Assembly: GCA_049967475.1 (NCBI GenBank) | Contig: JBMFSQ010000010.1 | Coordinates: 44,788 to 108,787 of the forward strand | Length of the DNA: 64,000 nucleotides | From: Chthonomonadales bacterium | GTDB taxonomy: Bacteria; Armatimonadota; Chthonomonadetes; Chthonomonadales; CAJBBX01 | Direction: 5' to 3' | Part shown: in pieces, positions 10,009-18,624 of the stretch | Numbering within the stretch: the first letter of the stretch is position 1 | How the letters are laid out: the number at the start of each line of letters is the position of its first letter | Position numbers and translations under genes: made by a program | Notes under the pieces: model-generated | Told to the model about the DNA's origin: nothing | The model's input: only the letters and a program-made list of their open reading frames with translations | Database searches by the model: none

Positions 10009-10036
10009 TTGCATGGCAATCAAGCGAAGGCCTAAT
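10009..10036 (+). promoter_or_regulatory. Candidate promoter TTGCAT-N16-CCTAAT upstream of rfbA
   Basis: TTGCAT at 10009-10014 and CCTAAT at 10031-10036, about 20 nt upstream of the ATG at 10057 (SD GGGGAG). A weak match. Confidence 0.3.
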
Positions 10037-10056
10037 GCCGTTCAGGGGAGTAAGCG

Positions 10057-10944
10057 ATGAAGGGCATCATCCTAGCGGGAGGAACGGGCAGCCGCTTATA
10101 TCCCGTTACCTTGGCTGTGTCCAAACAGCTTCTCCCCGTCTATGACAAGCCCATGATCTACTATCCGCTCTCCACGCTGATGCTCGCCGGCATCCGCGAG
10201 GTCCTCATCATTTCAACGCCGGAGGACTTGCCGGCTTACCGGAGATTGTTGGGTGACGGCAGCCAATATGGCATCTCACTCCAGTATGCGGAGCAGCCTC
10301 GGCCTGAAGGTCTCGCCCAGGCATTCCTCATCGGCGAGCGCTTCGTGCACGGCGGTCCCTCCTGCCTGGTGCTGGGCGACAACATCTTTTACGGTCACGG
10401 CCTTTCCGAGATCCTGCAGCGCTCGGCAAGCCTGTCCGAAGGAGCCCTTATCTTCGGATATTGGGTGCGCGATCCCCAGCGGTACGGCGTCCTCGAGCTG
10501 GACGGAAGCGGCAACGTAATCTCTATTGAAGAGAAGCCCCAGCACCCCAGATCCAACTATGCCGTCGTCGGGCTATACTTCTATGATGCGGAAGCCGTGG
10601 AGATCGCCCGCGGCCTGCGCCCGTCTGCCCGGGGTGAATTGGAGATCACCGACCTCAACCTGGAGTACCTGCGGCGCGGCAAACTTAGAGCAGAGATCCT
10701 CGGCCGAGGCATCGCGTGGCTGGATACGGGCACTCATTCGTCTCTGTTAGCGGCTGGGAACTTCATCGAGACCATCGAGAAGCGTCAAGGTCTCAAGATT
10801 GCATGCCTTGAAGAGATCGCCTACCTCCAGGGGTATATCACGGCGGATCAGGTGCTGCAACAAGCCCACCGCCTCGGCGCCACTGAATACGCCGGATACC
10901 TCAAGCGGCTCGTAACAGAAGCAGAATGGACACTTCGACAATAG
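10057..10944 (+). CDS. rfbA: Glucose-1-phosphate thymidylyltransferase
   Basis: 295-aa ORF with N-terminus [18 protein letters not shown] and full-length RmlA-like sequence ([14 protein letters not shown]). Confidence 0.95.
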   Translation: MKGIILAGGTGSRLYPVTLAVSKQLLPVYDKPMIYYPLSTLMLAGIREVLIISTPEDLPAYRRLLGDGSQYGISLQYAEQPRPEGLAQAFLIGERFVHGGPSCLVLGDNIFYGHGLSEILQRSASLSEGALIFGYWVRDPQRYGVLELDGSGNVISIEEKPQHPRSNYAVVGLYFYDAEAVEIARGLRPSARGELEITDLNLEYLRRGKLRAEILGRGIAWLDTGTHSSLLAAGNFIETIEKRQGLKIACLEEIAYLQGYITADQVLQQAHRLGATEYAGYLKRLVTEAEWTLRQ

Positions 10945-11384
10945 AGGGTGTGATCGTTCGCCGCCTCCAGCGCCACACGGATGCTCGCGGCTGGCTTACA
11001 GAACTGTTCCGGGAAGACGAGCTTCCCAAGGACTTTCATCCTGCAATGGGATACATCTCGGTGACGCATCCCGGCATGGCCCGAGGTCCCCACGAGCATC
11101 GGGAGCAGGCCGACCTATTCTGCTTCCTTTCCGGCACCTATCGGCTCCATCTGTGGGAGAACCGGCCCGGGCGGCCCAAGAGATCGGAGGTCTTCACGAT
11201 CGGCGAAGCCAACCCTACCTTCGTGCTCATACCCGCAGGGGTTGTGCACGGATATCGAAATGTCGGCTCACAGGACGCCTTCGTGCTGAACTTTCCCAAC
11301 CGCCTCTATGCCGGCTGGGACCGCAGGGAACCCGTAGACGAGATCCGCTACGAAGACAGCGAAAGCGAGTACATCCTGCCATGA
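10926..11384 (+). CDS. rfbC: dTDP-4-dehydrorhamnose 3,5-epimerase family protein (short cupin form)
   Basis: 152-aa ORF with [13 protein letters not shown] and [10 protein letters not shown]...IPAGVVHGY cupin motifs. It overlaps the rfbA end by 19 nt and the rfbB start by ATGA. Confidence 0.85.
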   Translation: MDTSTIEGVIVRRLQRHTDARGWLTELFREDELPKDFHPAMGYISVTHPGMARGPHEHREQADLFCFLSGTYRLHLWENRPGRPKRSEVFTIGEANPTFVLIPAGVVHGYRNVGSQDAFVLNFPNRLYAGWDRREPVDEIRYEDSESEYILP

Positions 11385-12412
11385 GCACGGTTCTCGTCAC
11401 CGGTGGTGCAGGGTTCATTGGGTCCCACTTCGTGCAGCATTGGCTCGAGCGCCATCCTGGAGATCGCGTCGTAGTGCTCGATGCCCTTACCTACGCCGGC
11501 AACCTCGCGAACCTTGCGCATGCCCAGCTTTCTCCACAGTTCCGGTTCTATCCCGGGCTCATCCAGGATCCTGTCGCGGTGCGGGGCATCTTTCAAGCCG
11601 AGAAGCCCCAATTCATAGTGAACTTCGCCGCCATGACCCACAATGATCGATCCTTGCTGGACCCTGCAGGGTTCATCCAAACCAATACGGCAGGGGTCAA
11701 TATCCTCCTGGAAACCACGAGAGAGTTCGGAGTGGAACGGTTTCTTCACGTGTCCACCGATGAGGTTTATGGAGAAGCTCTCACAGGCAGCTTCAAAGAG
11801 ACGGACCCCTTACGGCCCCGAACGCCTTATGCAGCCTCCAAAGCCGGCGGCGACCTTCTGGCGCTTGCGCATCACGTTGCCTACGGAACTCCCGTGCTCA
11901 TCACGCGAGGATCCAACACCTACGGTCCCCGCCAATACCCGGAAAAGCTCCTTCCGTTTTTCATAACCAGGGCGATCCGGAACAAGAAACTCCCCCTCTA
12001 TGGAGCCGGCGATCAGGTTCGAGAATGGATCCATGTGGAGGACCATTGTCGAGGCATCGCGTGGGTGCTGGAACACGGCACTTCAGGAGAAGTGTATAAT
12101 CTGGGAGGAGGCAACGAATGCACGAACCTCCAGATTACAGAACGCATCCTCTCGGTTCTGAACAAGCCGAGAGATCTCATTTTCCCTATTCCCGATCCTC
12201 GAGGAGATGCTCACGATCGCCGTTACTCGCTGGATACTTCCAAGCTCAGTGCCTTAGGATGGCGTCCTGAAGTAGATTTTAACCGGGGTTTGGAAGACAC
12301 AATCCGCTGGTATGCGGAGCACGAAGACTGGTGGCGTCCGATCCTCTCTACACCGGAGTATGTACAGTTTGTAACCCGGTTCTACGGCCCGTTTCTTGGA
12401 GAGGACCTATAG
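11381..12412 (+). CDS. rfbB: dTDP-glucose 4,6-dehydratase
   Basis: Start re-set to the ATG at 11381 ([18 protein letters not shown]). The catalytic motif YAASKAG is present. ATGA overlap with the rfbC stop. Confidence 0.95.
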   Translation: MSTVLVTGGAGFIGSHFVQHWLERHPGDRVVVLDALTYAGNLANLAHAQLSPQFRFYPGLIQDPVAVRGIFQAEKPQFIVNFAAMTHNDRSLLDPAGFIQTNTAGVNILLETTREFGVERFLHVSTDEVYGEALTGSFKETDPLRPRTPYAASKAGGDLLALAHHVAYGTPVLITRGSNTYGPRQYPEKLLPFFITRAIRNKKLPLYGAGDQVREWIHVEDHCRGIAWVLEHGTSGEVYNLGGGNECTNLQITERILSVLNKPRDLIFPIPDPRGDAHDRRYSLDTSKLSALGWRPEVDFNRGLEDTIRWYAEHEDWWRPILSTPEYVQFVTRFYGPFLGEDL

Positions 12413-12459
12413 CATTGGACCAATCCAACCGAGATATCGAGCAGAAGGTCCAGGGGAAG

Positions 12460-12957
12460 ATGGGAAGGATCGTGTCCCGGGACGCTCTCGCCGCTGAGTT
12501 GGCGGTGAGGCGGTCCAAGGGCGAGCGCATCGTGTTTACAAACGGGTGCTTCGACATCCTCCACCTGGGTCACGCGCGGTACCTCATGGAGGCACGGGCG
12601 CTTGGGGACATTCTCGTAGTGGGGCTCAACAGCGACGCCTCTGTCCGCATGCTCAAGGGACCTCGTCGCCCCATCGTACCGCAATCGGAACGCGCGGAGA
12701 TGCTTTGCCACCTGCGCTGGGTGGATTACGTATGCATCTTCGAGGAGATGCGGCCCAACGCACTCATCGAGGCGGTACGGCCCCACATCCACGTAAAGGG
12801 CGGCGATTATCGGCCCGAGGATCTTCCCGAAGCCGAAGTGGTTCAAAGGTACGGAGGCCGCGTGGTAATCGTCCCCCTCGTCGAAGGACGATCTACCACC
12901 AACATCATCAGTCGGATTGTGGAGGCTCACCCATCGGCGCCCCCTTCCACCCTCTGA
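12460..12957 (+). CDS. D-glycero-beta-D-manno-heptose 1-phosphate adenylyltransferase-like (RfaE domain II / HldC type)
   Basis: Cytidylyltransferase-fold motif IVFTNGCFDILHLGHARYL, and a C-terminal GRSTTNIISRI. The start is set at the ATG at 12460; an in-frame TTG at 12415 is also possible. Confidence 0.85.
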   Translation: MGRIVSRDALAAELAVRRSKGERIVFTNGCFDILHLGHARYLMEARALGDILVVGLNSDASVRMLKGPRRPIVPQSERAEMLCHLRWVDYVCIFEEMRPNALIEAVRPHIHVKGGDYRPEDLPEAEVVQRYGGRVVIVPLVEGRSTTNIISRIVEAHPSAPPSTL

Positions 12958-12964
12958 CCCTTCA

Positions 12965-13003
12965 GCGGGGCAACCCGTGACCCCCGCATCACGGGCGCTT
13001 TCG
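12965..13003 (+). terminator. Two overlapping, mutually exclusive hairpins followed by CGCTTTCG (weak terminator or attenuator candidate)
   Basis: Hairpin A pairs GCGGGG (12965-12970) with CCCCGC (12982-12987). Hairpin B pairs CCCGTGA (12974-12980) with TCACGGG (12989-12995). Only B is followed by a short T-containing tract. Confidence 0.3.
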
Positions 13004-13063
13004 TCCCCTGGGCCGGCTGAAGCTTACGGGCGGGTACACTGAACCCGGCGATCTAACGAACGC

Positions 13064-14032
13064 GTGCAGGAAGGTATGTCCAGGTATCCAGAGTTTGACA
13101 ACACCCAAATCCATTCGGAGCCATTCTCCCAGCGCGTCAGCAAAGTAAGCGTGGAAGATTTCGCTGGCCCTCCCACGGAGGGAAGAAGCTTTCGTGACTG
13201 GCTCGCGTCGTTGCCCCGGATCCTGGCAGGACCCCGCATCGCCGAGATTGCTCGCGCCGTTGTGGAGGCTCGCCGGCGCAACCGGGCTGTCGTGGCAGCG
13301 TTGGGCGGCCACGTCGTCAAGACCGGAGTGTCCCCCGTCCTGATTACGCTTATGGAGCGCGGCTTCGTTACTGCGGCGGCAGTAAACGGAGCGGTAGCCG
13401 TGCATGATCTGGAGATCGCCTTGTTCGGAAAGACCTCCGAGGACGTGGCTGCCGGATTGCGCTCGGGCACCTTTGGAATGGCCAAGGAGACGGCTGCCTT
13501 CTACAACGAGGGGGTTAAGCGCGCCGCCCGGGAACGCCTCGGCCTCGGAGAAACCCTCGGGTTGGCCCTCACAGAGGCGGCGGCCCCCTATATCCATGCA
13601 AGCCTATTGGCCGCAGCGTATAGGCATAAGGTTCCGCTCACAGTGCATGTGGCCATCGGAACGGACATCATCCATATGCATCCCGGAGCGGACGGGGCCG
13701 CCTTCGGAGAGGCATCCCTTCGGGACTTTCGCATCCTCACCGCCCACATGGAACACCTGGCCCGAGGGGGCGTTCTTATGAACCTCGGCTCCGCAGTCGT
13801 CCTTCCGGAAGTGCTGCTCAAGGCCATTGCTCTTCTCAGAAACTGCCATGGGGATGCCTTCACGGACTTCCTGGGGGTCAACTTCGACTTTATTCAACAG
13901 TACCGCTCCAACCAGCAGGTTGTGATGCGAGTGGAGGCCATCGGCGGGCGGGGCATCGCCATCACCGGGCATCACGAGATCCTTATCCCGTTGCTCGGGC
14001 AGGCCGTTCTGGAAGCCGCTGCCGAAGCATAA
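13064..14032 (+). CDS. Uncharacterised protein, possibly deoxyhypusine-synthase-like (DHS-like NAD-binding fold)
   Basis: 322-aa ORF with GC3-rich codon usage, on the same strand as its neighbours. The segment AALGGHVVKTGVSPVLITLMERGFVTAAAVNGAVAVHDLEIAL resembles the DHS core by eye. The start (GTG 13064 or ATG 13076) is uncertain and the function is unknown. Confidence 0.55.
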   Translation: MQEGMSRYPEFDNTQIHSEPFSQRVSKVSVEDFAGPPTEGRSFRDWLASLPRILAGPRIAEIARAVVEARRRNRAVVAALGGHVVKTGVSPVLITLMERGFVTAAAVNGAVAVHDLEIALFGKTSEDVAAGLRSGTFGMAKETAAFYNEGVKRAARERLGLGETLGLALTEAAAPYIHASLLAAAYRHKVPLTVHVAIGTDIIHMHPGADGAAFGEASLRDFRILTAHMEHLARGGVLMNLGSAVVLPEVLLKAIALLRNCHGDAFTDFLGVNFDFIQQYRSNQQVVMRVEAIGGRGIAITGHHEILIPLLGQAVLEAAAEA

Positions 14033-14060
14033 TGGGCGCCTCCACATCGCCGGAGCCTCG

Positions 14061-15062
14061 ATGAACGCGGACCGCTATATTGAAATTGTGCGCCAATTCC
14101 GCGGCGCCCACGTAACAGTATTGGGCGACCTCATGATGGACGAGTACCTGTGGGGCCGGGCAACCCGCATCTCGCCTGAGAGCCCCGTCATGGTTGTAGA
14201 GGTGGACCGGGAGACGCGCGTGCCAGGTGGGGCCGCCAACGTCGTAAACAACCTATTATCCCTAGGTGCCCATGTGCGCGTAATCGGAGTGGTGGGTAAC
14301 GACGAAGCCGGCGATGCCCTTGTAGCAGCCCTCACCGAGAAGGGTGCGGACACCTCCGGCATCATAACCGATCCCTCGCGCCCCACTACCCGCAAGACGC
14401 GCGTTGTGGCCCACAACCAACAGGTTTTGCGCGTAGACCGTGAGCGTGCCCAGCCGATTTCAGAAGGTACCGCCGAAGCCATCCACGCCCGGTTGAACGA
14501 GTGTGCTGCTTCACCAGCCATCCTTATTTCCGATTATAACAAAGGGGTTCTCACAGCGAGTGTCGCGCGCGCAGTACGGCACTTGGCGCTTCGCCGGAGC
14601 ATTCTCACTACGGCAAACCCAAAGCCTGCCAATGTCCATCTGCTGGAAGGATTGGATTTGGTTTCCCTCAACCGAAGCGAGGCCGAGGCGCTGAAAGGCC
14701 CCGGATCCTTCGCACGCACAGAGGCGCTTTGGAGTTCCGGCGAAGATCTCCGCTGCCGGCTCGGTATCCGCACTCTGGTCGTGACGCTGGGCCCGGATGG
14801 GCTTGCCCTCTTCCATACATCCGGCGCCGAACATGTGCCGGCCCATCCCGTAGAGGTATTCGATGTAGCTGGAGCTGGGGACACCGTCATCAGCACCCTC
14901 ACCCTCGCACTCGTTTGCGGCGCGACGCTAAGAGAAGCAGCCGTCCTCGCCAATCATGCGGCTTCATGCGTCGTGCGCAAGGTCGGCGTCGCGACCGTCA
15001 CTCCCGGCGAGTTGATCGCAGACTGGACGGGCGACCCGGATCCCGGACCCAAGGAGGCATAG
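14061..15062 (+). CDS. D-glycero-beta-D-manno-heptose-7-phosphate kinase-like (RfaE domain I / HldA type, PfkB family)
   Basis: 333-aa ORF with N-terminal VTVLGDLMMDEYLWGRATRISPESPVMVV and the PfkB signature DVAGAGDTVISTL. Confidence 0.85.
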   Translation: MNADRYIEIVRQFRGAHVTVLGDLMMDEYLWGRATRISPESPVMVVEVDRETRVPGGAANVVNNLLSLGAHVRVIGVVGNDEAGDALVAALTEKGADTSGIITDPSRPTTRKTRVVAHNQQVLRVDRERAQPISEGTAEAIHARLNECAASPAILISDYNKGVLTASVARAVRHLALRRSILTTANPKPANVHLLEGLDLVSLNRSEAEALKGPGSFARTEALWSSGEDLRCRLGIRTLVVTLGPDGLALFHTSGAEHVPAHPVEVFDVAGAGDTVISTLTLALVCGATLREAAVLANHAASCVVRKVGVATVTPGELIADWTGDPDPGPKEA

Positions 15063-15065
15063 GGC

Positions 15066-16016
15066 GTGAAGCTCCCAGTCACCCAGACGGCTCCAGATAC
15101 CGGCCGCCCGCTTTCGCGGCCCGGCGGCGGTATATCTTGGGCTCTCGTGGAAGGACTGCGCCCGAAGCAATGGACCAAGAACGCCTTTGTGTTCGCGGCC
15201 CTCGTCTTCACCAACAACATCCCCCTTTCGTTCCAAGATCGCCACCGCTGGCACATGCTTGGCCTTACCATGGGGGCATTCGTTCTGTTTTGCATGGTGT
15301 CGGGTGCCGTATACCTTTTGAACGATGTAGCAGATCGCGACCAAGACCGCGTCCATCCGCAGAAGCGCCACCGACCCGTGGCATCCGGAAGGCTCCCCGT
15401 GGGCGTAGCCGTATTCTGGGCCGTCCTGCTGGGAGCAGGTGGAATTGCGATCGCCTTTCGCTTGAACCTTCCCTTTGGGCTGATCACGTTGGGGTACTTT
15501 GCGCTGCAGCTTGCTTACACGTTCGTGTTGAAACACGAGGTTCTCATTGATGTGTTTGCAATTGCTGCCGGCTTCGTTCTCCGGGCTGCGGCGGGAGCAT
15601 TAGCAATCAGCGTGCCGATTTCCGTTTGGCTCCTTATCTGCACTCTGCAGCTTGCACTCTTCCTGGGTTTCGGCAAGCGCCGCCATGAACTCATTGCGCT
15701 TGCGCACGAAGCGCGCAACCACCGCCGCAACCTCCAGCATTACACGGTCAATCTGCTGGACCAGATGATGGCCATCGTGTTGGCGGCCCTGGTGGTCTGC
15801 TACGCGATCTACACCATCATGTCGCCCACAGCATCGCAGCATCCACTCCTCGTAATTACCTTGGTGAATGTGTTGTATGGTGTTTTCCGGTATCTTTACC
15901 TGGTTCAGGTGGAACACAAGGGCGGTTCCCCCGAGGCGATCCTCATGGAGGATCGCCCTATGCAGATTAATCTGCTCGCCTGGATTGCGGAAGTTCTCGT
16001 TTCATTCAAGGTATAG
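15066..16016 (+). CDS. UbiA-family polyprenyl-phosphate phosphoribosyltransferase (decaprenyl-phosphate phosphoribosyltransferase-like)
   Basis: 316-aa polytopic membrane ORF with LRPKQWTKNAFVFAALVF and LNDVADRDQDRVHPQKRHRPVASG motifs. The GTG start is 3 nt after the upstream stop, with AAGGAGG 8 nt upstream. Confidence 0.8.
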   Translation: MKLPVTQTAPDTGRPLSRPGGGISWALVEGLRPKQWTKNAFVFAALVFTNNIPLSFQDRHRWHMLGLTMGAFVLFCMVSGAVYLLNDVADRDQDRVHPQKRHRPVASGRLPVGVAVFWAVLLGAGGIAIAFRLNLPFGLITLGYFALQLAYTFVLKHEVLIDVFAIAAGFVLRAAAGALAISVPISVWLLICTLQLALFLGFGKRRHELIALAHEARNHRRNLQHYTVNLLDQMMAIVLAALVVCYAIYTIMSPTASQHPLLVITLVNVLYGVFRYLYLVQVEHKGGSPEAILMEDRPMQINLLAWIAEVLVSFKV

Positions 16017-16033
16017 ATGCGGATCCAAGCGCC

Positions 16034-16924
16034 ATGAGAGTATTGGTAACAGGATCAGGAGGAATGCTCGGAAGGGAAGTGTGCACCGCACTGCTTCGGC
16101 GCGGGTACGAGGTTGTGCCGGCCGGGCTGCGGCGCGGGGAAGTTTTGCAAGATCTTGCCGAAATCGAGGGCACGGTGCGTATGGTGCAGGCAGCACAACC
16201 CGACGTAGTAATCCATTGCGCTGCCTACACCGACGTAGATGGGGCCGAGGAGGATCCCGCCACCGCATTCCGCGTGAACGCAACAGGCACGTGGAACCTT
16301 GCCATCGCCTGCTGCCGAAAAGATGTGCCGCTCTGCGCAATCAGCACCGATTTCGTCTTCGACGGCCTCAAGCCGGACCCCTATACGGAATGGGACGAAC
16401 CGCGCCCCATCAACGTATACGGCGCGTCTAAGCTCGCAGCCGAGCGCGCCATTCGAGAGGTATGGCCCAAACACTGGATCGTGCGCACAGCCTGGCTCTA
16501 CGGCGTACACGGCCGATGCTTCCCAGAAGCCGTCCTTGCCGCCGCGGAACGCGAGCATACCCTGAACGTGGTGGCCGACCAAACCGGTTCTCCTACGTAC
16601 GCCGGCGACCTGGCCGCCGCTCTGGCAGCATTGATCTCCACACCTTACTTTGGCACGTACCACATTGCGAACTCCGGACGGGCAACGCGCTACGAATTTG
16701 CCAAGGCCATTCTTCAAATGGCGCATGGAGCATCCGCGGCAGTACATCCCATCGTGTCTTCCGACCGCCCGAGCCCTGCGCGGCGGCCGCGAAACTCGGC
16801 TTTGGCCTCGGCGCGGGAGGAAGTGCCGGGATACGGCCCCATGCGCCCATGGCCCCAAGCCCTTGCCGAGTACATCCGCGAGCGTGCACACTCCAAGAAC
16901 GGAGAGGATCCCCGTTGTTGCTGA
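16034..16924 (+). CDS. rfbD: dTDP-4-dehydrorhamnose reductase
   Basis: 296-aa ORF with MRVLVTGSGGMLGREV, the YGASKLAAE catalytic motif and an RmlD-like C-terminus. Confidence 0.9.
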   Translation: MRVLVTGSGGMLGREVCTALLRRGYEVVPAGLRRGEVLQDLAEIEGTVRMVQAAQPDVVIHCAAYTDVDGAEEDPATAFRVNATGTWNLAIACCRKDVPLCAISTDFVFDGLKPDPYTEWDEPRPINVYGASKLAAERAIREVWPKHWIVRTAWLYGVHGRCFPEAVLAAAEREHTLNVVADQTGSPTYAGDLAAALAALISTPYFGTYHIANSGRATRYEFAKAILQMAHGASAAVHPIVSSDRPSPARRPRNSALASAREEVPGYGPMRPWPQALAEYIRERAHSKNGEDPRCC

Positions 16925-18624
16925 GTCTTCCTATAGCCCGCCACCGAATAGTCTGGCTCTCTCACGCCATTCTTCCTGTTGCACTTACCTCCACAATGAC
17001 GCTCTTGCCCTACACCGCCCGTTGCCAGCCAAATGTGCCCCCTGTTGGCCGAACCATCACGACCGACCTCGGGCTGGAAGGACGCGTTCTTTGGGTAGAC
17101 GGCGCCGCTAATCTCGACCGAACCACGAACCTCGCCGGCGTGCAGGACATCGTACGCCGCTGTAAGCAGGCCAACATTTCTACCATTGTCGTAGACGTGA
17201 AGCCGGTAGTAGGCCAGGTGCTCTACAACAGCAAGATCGCCCCGCGCCTGCGGGTGTGGCAGGGCCGGCCCGTGCCTGATTTCGACGTGCTGCAAGCCTT
17301 CGTGGATGAAGGCCATCGTGCTGGAATTGAGGTCGCCGCAGCGCTCAACGTCTTTTCGGAAGGGCACAAGTACGTCCGGCAAGGATTTGCCTACACAAAG
17401 CCGCAGTGGCAGTCGGTGTCTTACTCGGCCACGCACGCGTTAGTTGCCTCTGACGGATCCCGCCTGCCTGTGCGGGCTCCTTCCGACCCTTTGGATCCTG
17501 CTGCGGCCGTTGTTTATGGGGAAGATCATCTCATTCTGCCGAGCGGCACTCCTGGGGAACGCCTCGCGGTACAGCTCGATAACCAAGGCCGCGTGGCGGG
17601 AGCGATGGACCCTTCTCTCCTCGACGATGAACCGCTCTCGGCTCCGGAGGACGGACGCCTGGTTCTGTTCGAGGGCTCGAGCCTCGACTGGGCGAGCACG
17701 CATCTGCACGTAGGCGACACCGTTCGTTTCGACGTACAGTCCCGCCTCATCCCTATCGCGGATGACGCCATGGAAAGGGTGGCCGTCTTCGTGAACCCGG
17801 TGCTTCCAGACGTATCCGCCTACGAGCTCTCCCTGTTGGAAGAGGTGGCCCGCAACTATCCCGTTGATGCCATCGTGCTGGACCGGATGCGCTACGCCAA
17901 TCTCTATAATGACTTCAGCCCTGCCACCCAGGCGGCTTTCCAACAGTGGCTGGGTAAACCCGTAGCCCATTGGCCTCAGGACGTCTTCAGCTTCGATCCT
18001 GTGCCGGGCGAACCGATCCATCCGGGACCCCTGTTCAAACCCTTCCTTGAATTTCGCGCCGCCACCATCCGCCGGTTCCTCAAGCTGGCAAGTGCGCGCC
18101 TCCGGGCCATCCGCCCGAAGCTGCAGATTGCAGCTTATGTGGGCTCGTGGTACGCGGATTACTACCCTGTGGGCGTCAATTGGGGAAGCGAAAAGTATCC
18201 CGTTCCCTACACGTGGGCCTCGGACGGGTACAGCGGCACAGGATACGCCGAATTTCTGGACTGGCTCAGCACCGGTTGCTATTACCCTATCCCCACGCGG
18301 GAAGACGCCCGCAGCTTGGGCAAGGACGAGGGAGCCACGGTGGAAGCAGCCGCGGACCTTTCGGTTCAAGCCGTACAGAGTGCAACACCCGTCTACGCGG
18401 GCATTTATGCTTTGGACTACGCGTCGCGGCCCGATGATTTTGCCAAAGCCATCCAGGCCGCGCGCCAGCACGCGCAGGGCGTGATGATCTTTGATGTATC
18501 CTATTTGTATGATTACGGGTGGTGGCCGATCCTGGACAAGGCATTCGCCGAACCTGCCTTGGCACCGCACCAGGTGCAGAATCTCACGGCCGAGATCCGC
18601 TGCGTTGTGGATCAGCTTCGGTAA
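16915..18624 (+). CDS. Glycoside-hydrolase-like family 10 (DUF187 / YngK-like) protein, probably exported
   Basis: The track ORF 16462..18624 overlaps rfbD in another frame for its first ~450 nt, so the start is re-set to the TTG at 16915 (or the ATG at 16996). The N-terminus is hydrophobic (IVWLSHAILPVALTS). The GHL10-like core is GRVLWVDGAANL...STIVVDVKPVVGQVLYNSKIAP. Confidence 0.75.
   Translation: MLLSLPIARHRIVWLSHAILPVALTSTMTLLPYTARCQPNVPPVGRTITTDLGLEGRVLWVDGAANLDRTTNLAGVQDIVRRCKQANISTIVVDVKPVVGQVLYNSKIAPRLRVWQGRPVPDFDVLQAFVDEGHRAGIEVAAALNVFSEGHKYVRQGFAYTKPQWQSVSYSATHALVASDGSRLPVRAPSDPLDPAAAVVYGEDHLILPSGTPGERLAVQLDNQGRVAGAMDPSLLDDEPLSAPEDGRLVLFEGSSLDWASTHLHVGDTVRFDVQSRLIPIADDAMERVAVFVNPVLPDVSAYELSLLEEVARNYPVDAIVLDRMRYANLYNDFSPATQAAFQQWLGKPVAHWPQDVFSFDPVPGEPIHPGPLFKPFLEFRAATIRRFLKLASARLRAIRPKLQIAAYVGSWYADYYPVGVNWGSEKYPVPYTWASDGYSGTGYAEFLDWLSTGCYYPIPTREDARSLGKDEGATVEAAADLSVQAVQSATPVYAGIYALDYASRPDDFAKAIQAARQHAQGVMIFDVSYLYDYGWWPILDKAFAEPALAPHQVQNLTAEIRCVVDQLR

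Noticed and set aside
16462-16914. N-terminal extensions of track ORFs that overlap the preceding gene. Examples: 16462 for the GHL10 gene, 11153 for rfbB, 7908 for rsmI, 31458 for the DUF1343 gene, 31852 for miaA, 25077 for the Gfo gene, 39376 for the ligase gene, 55022 for the GH gene.
   Set aside because: The extensions lack homology, overlap real genes in other frames, and end at internal starts that have an SD sequence or classic ATGA/GTGA/TGATG coupling and give family-typical N-termini.
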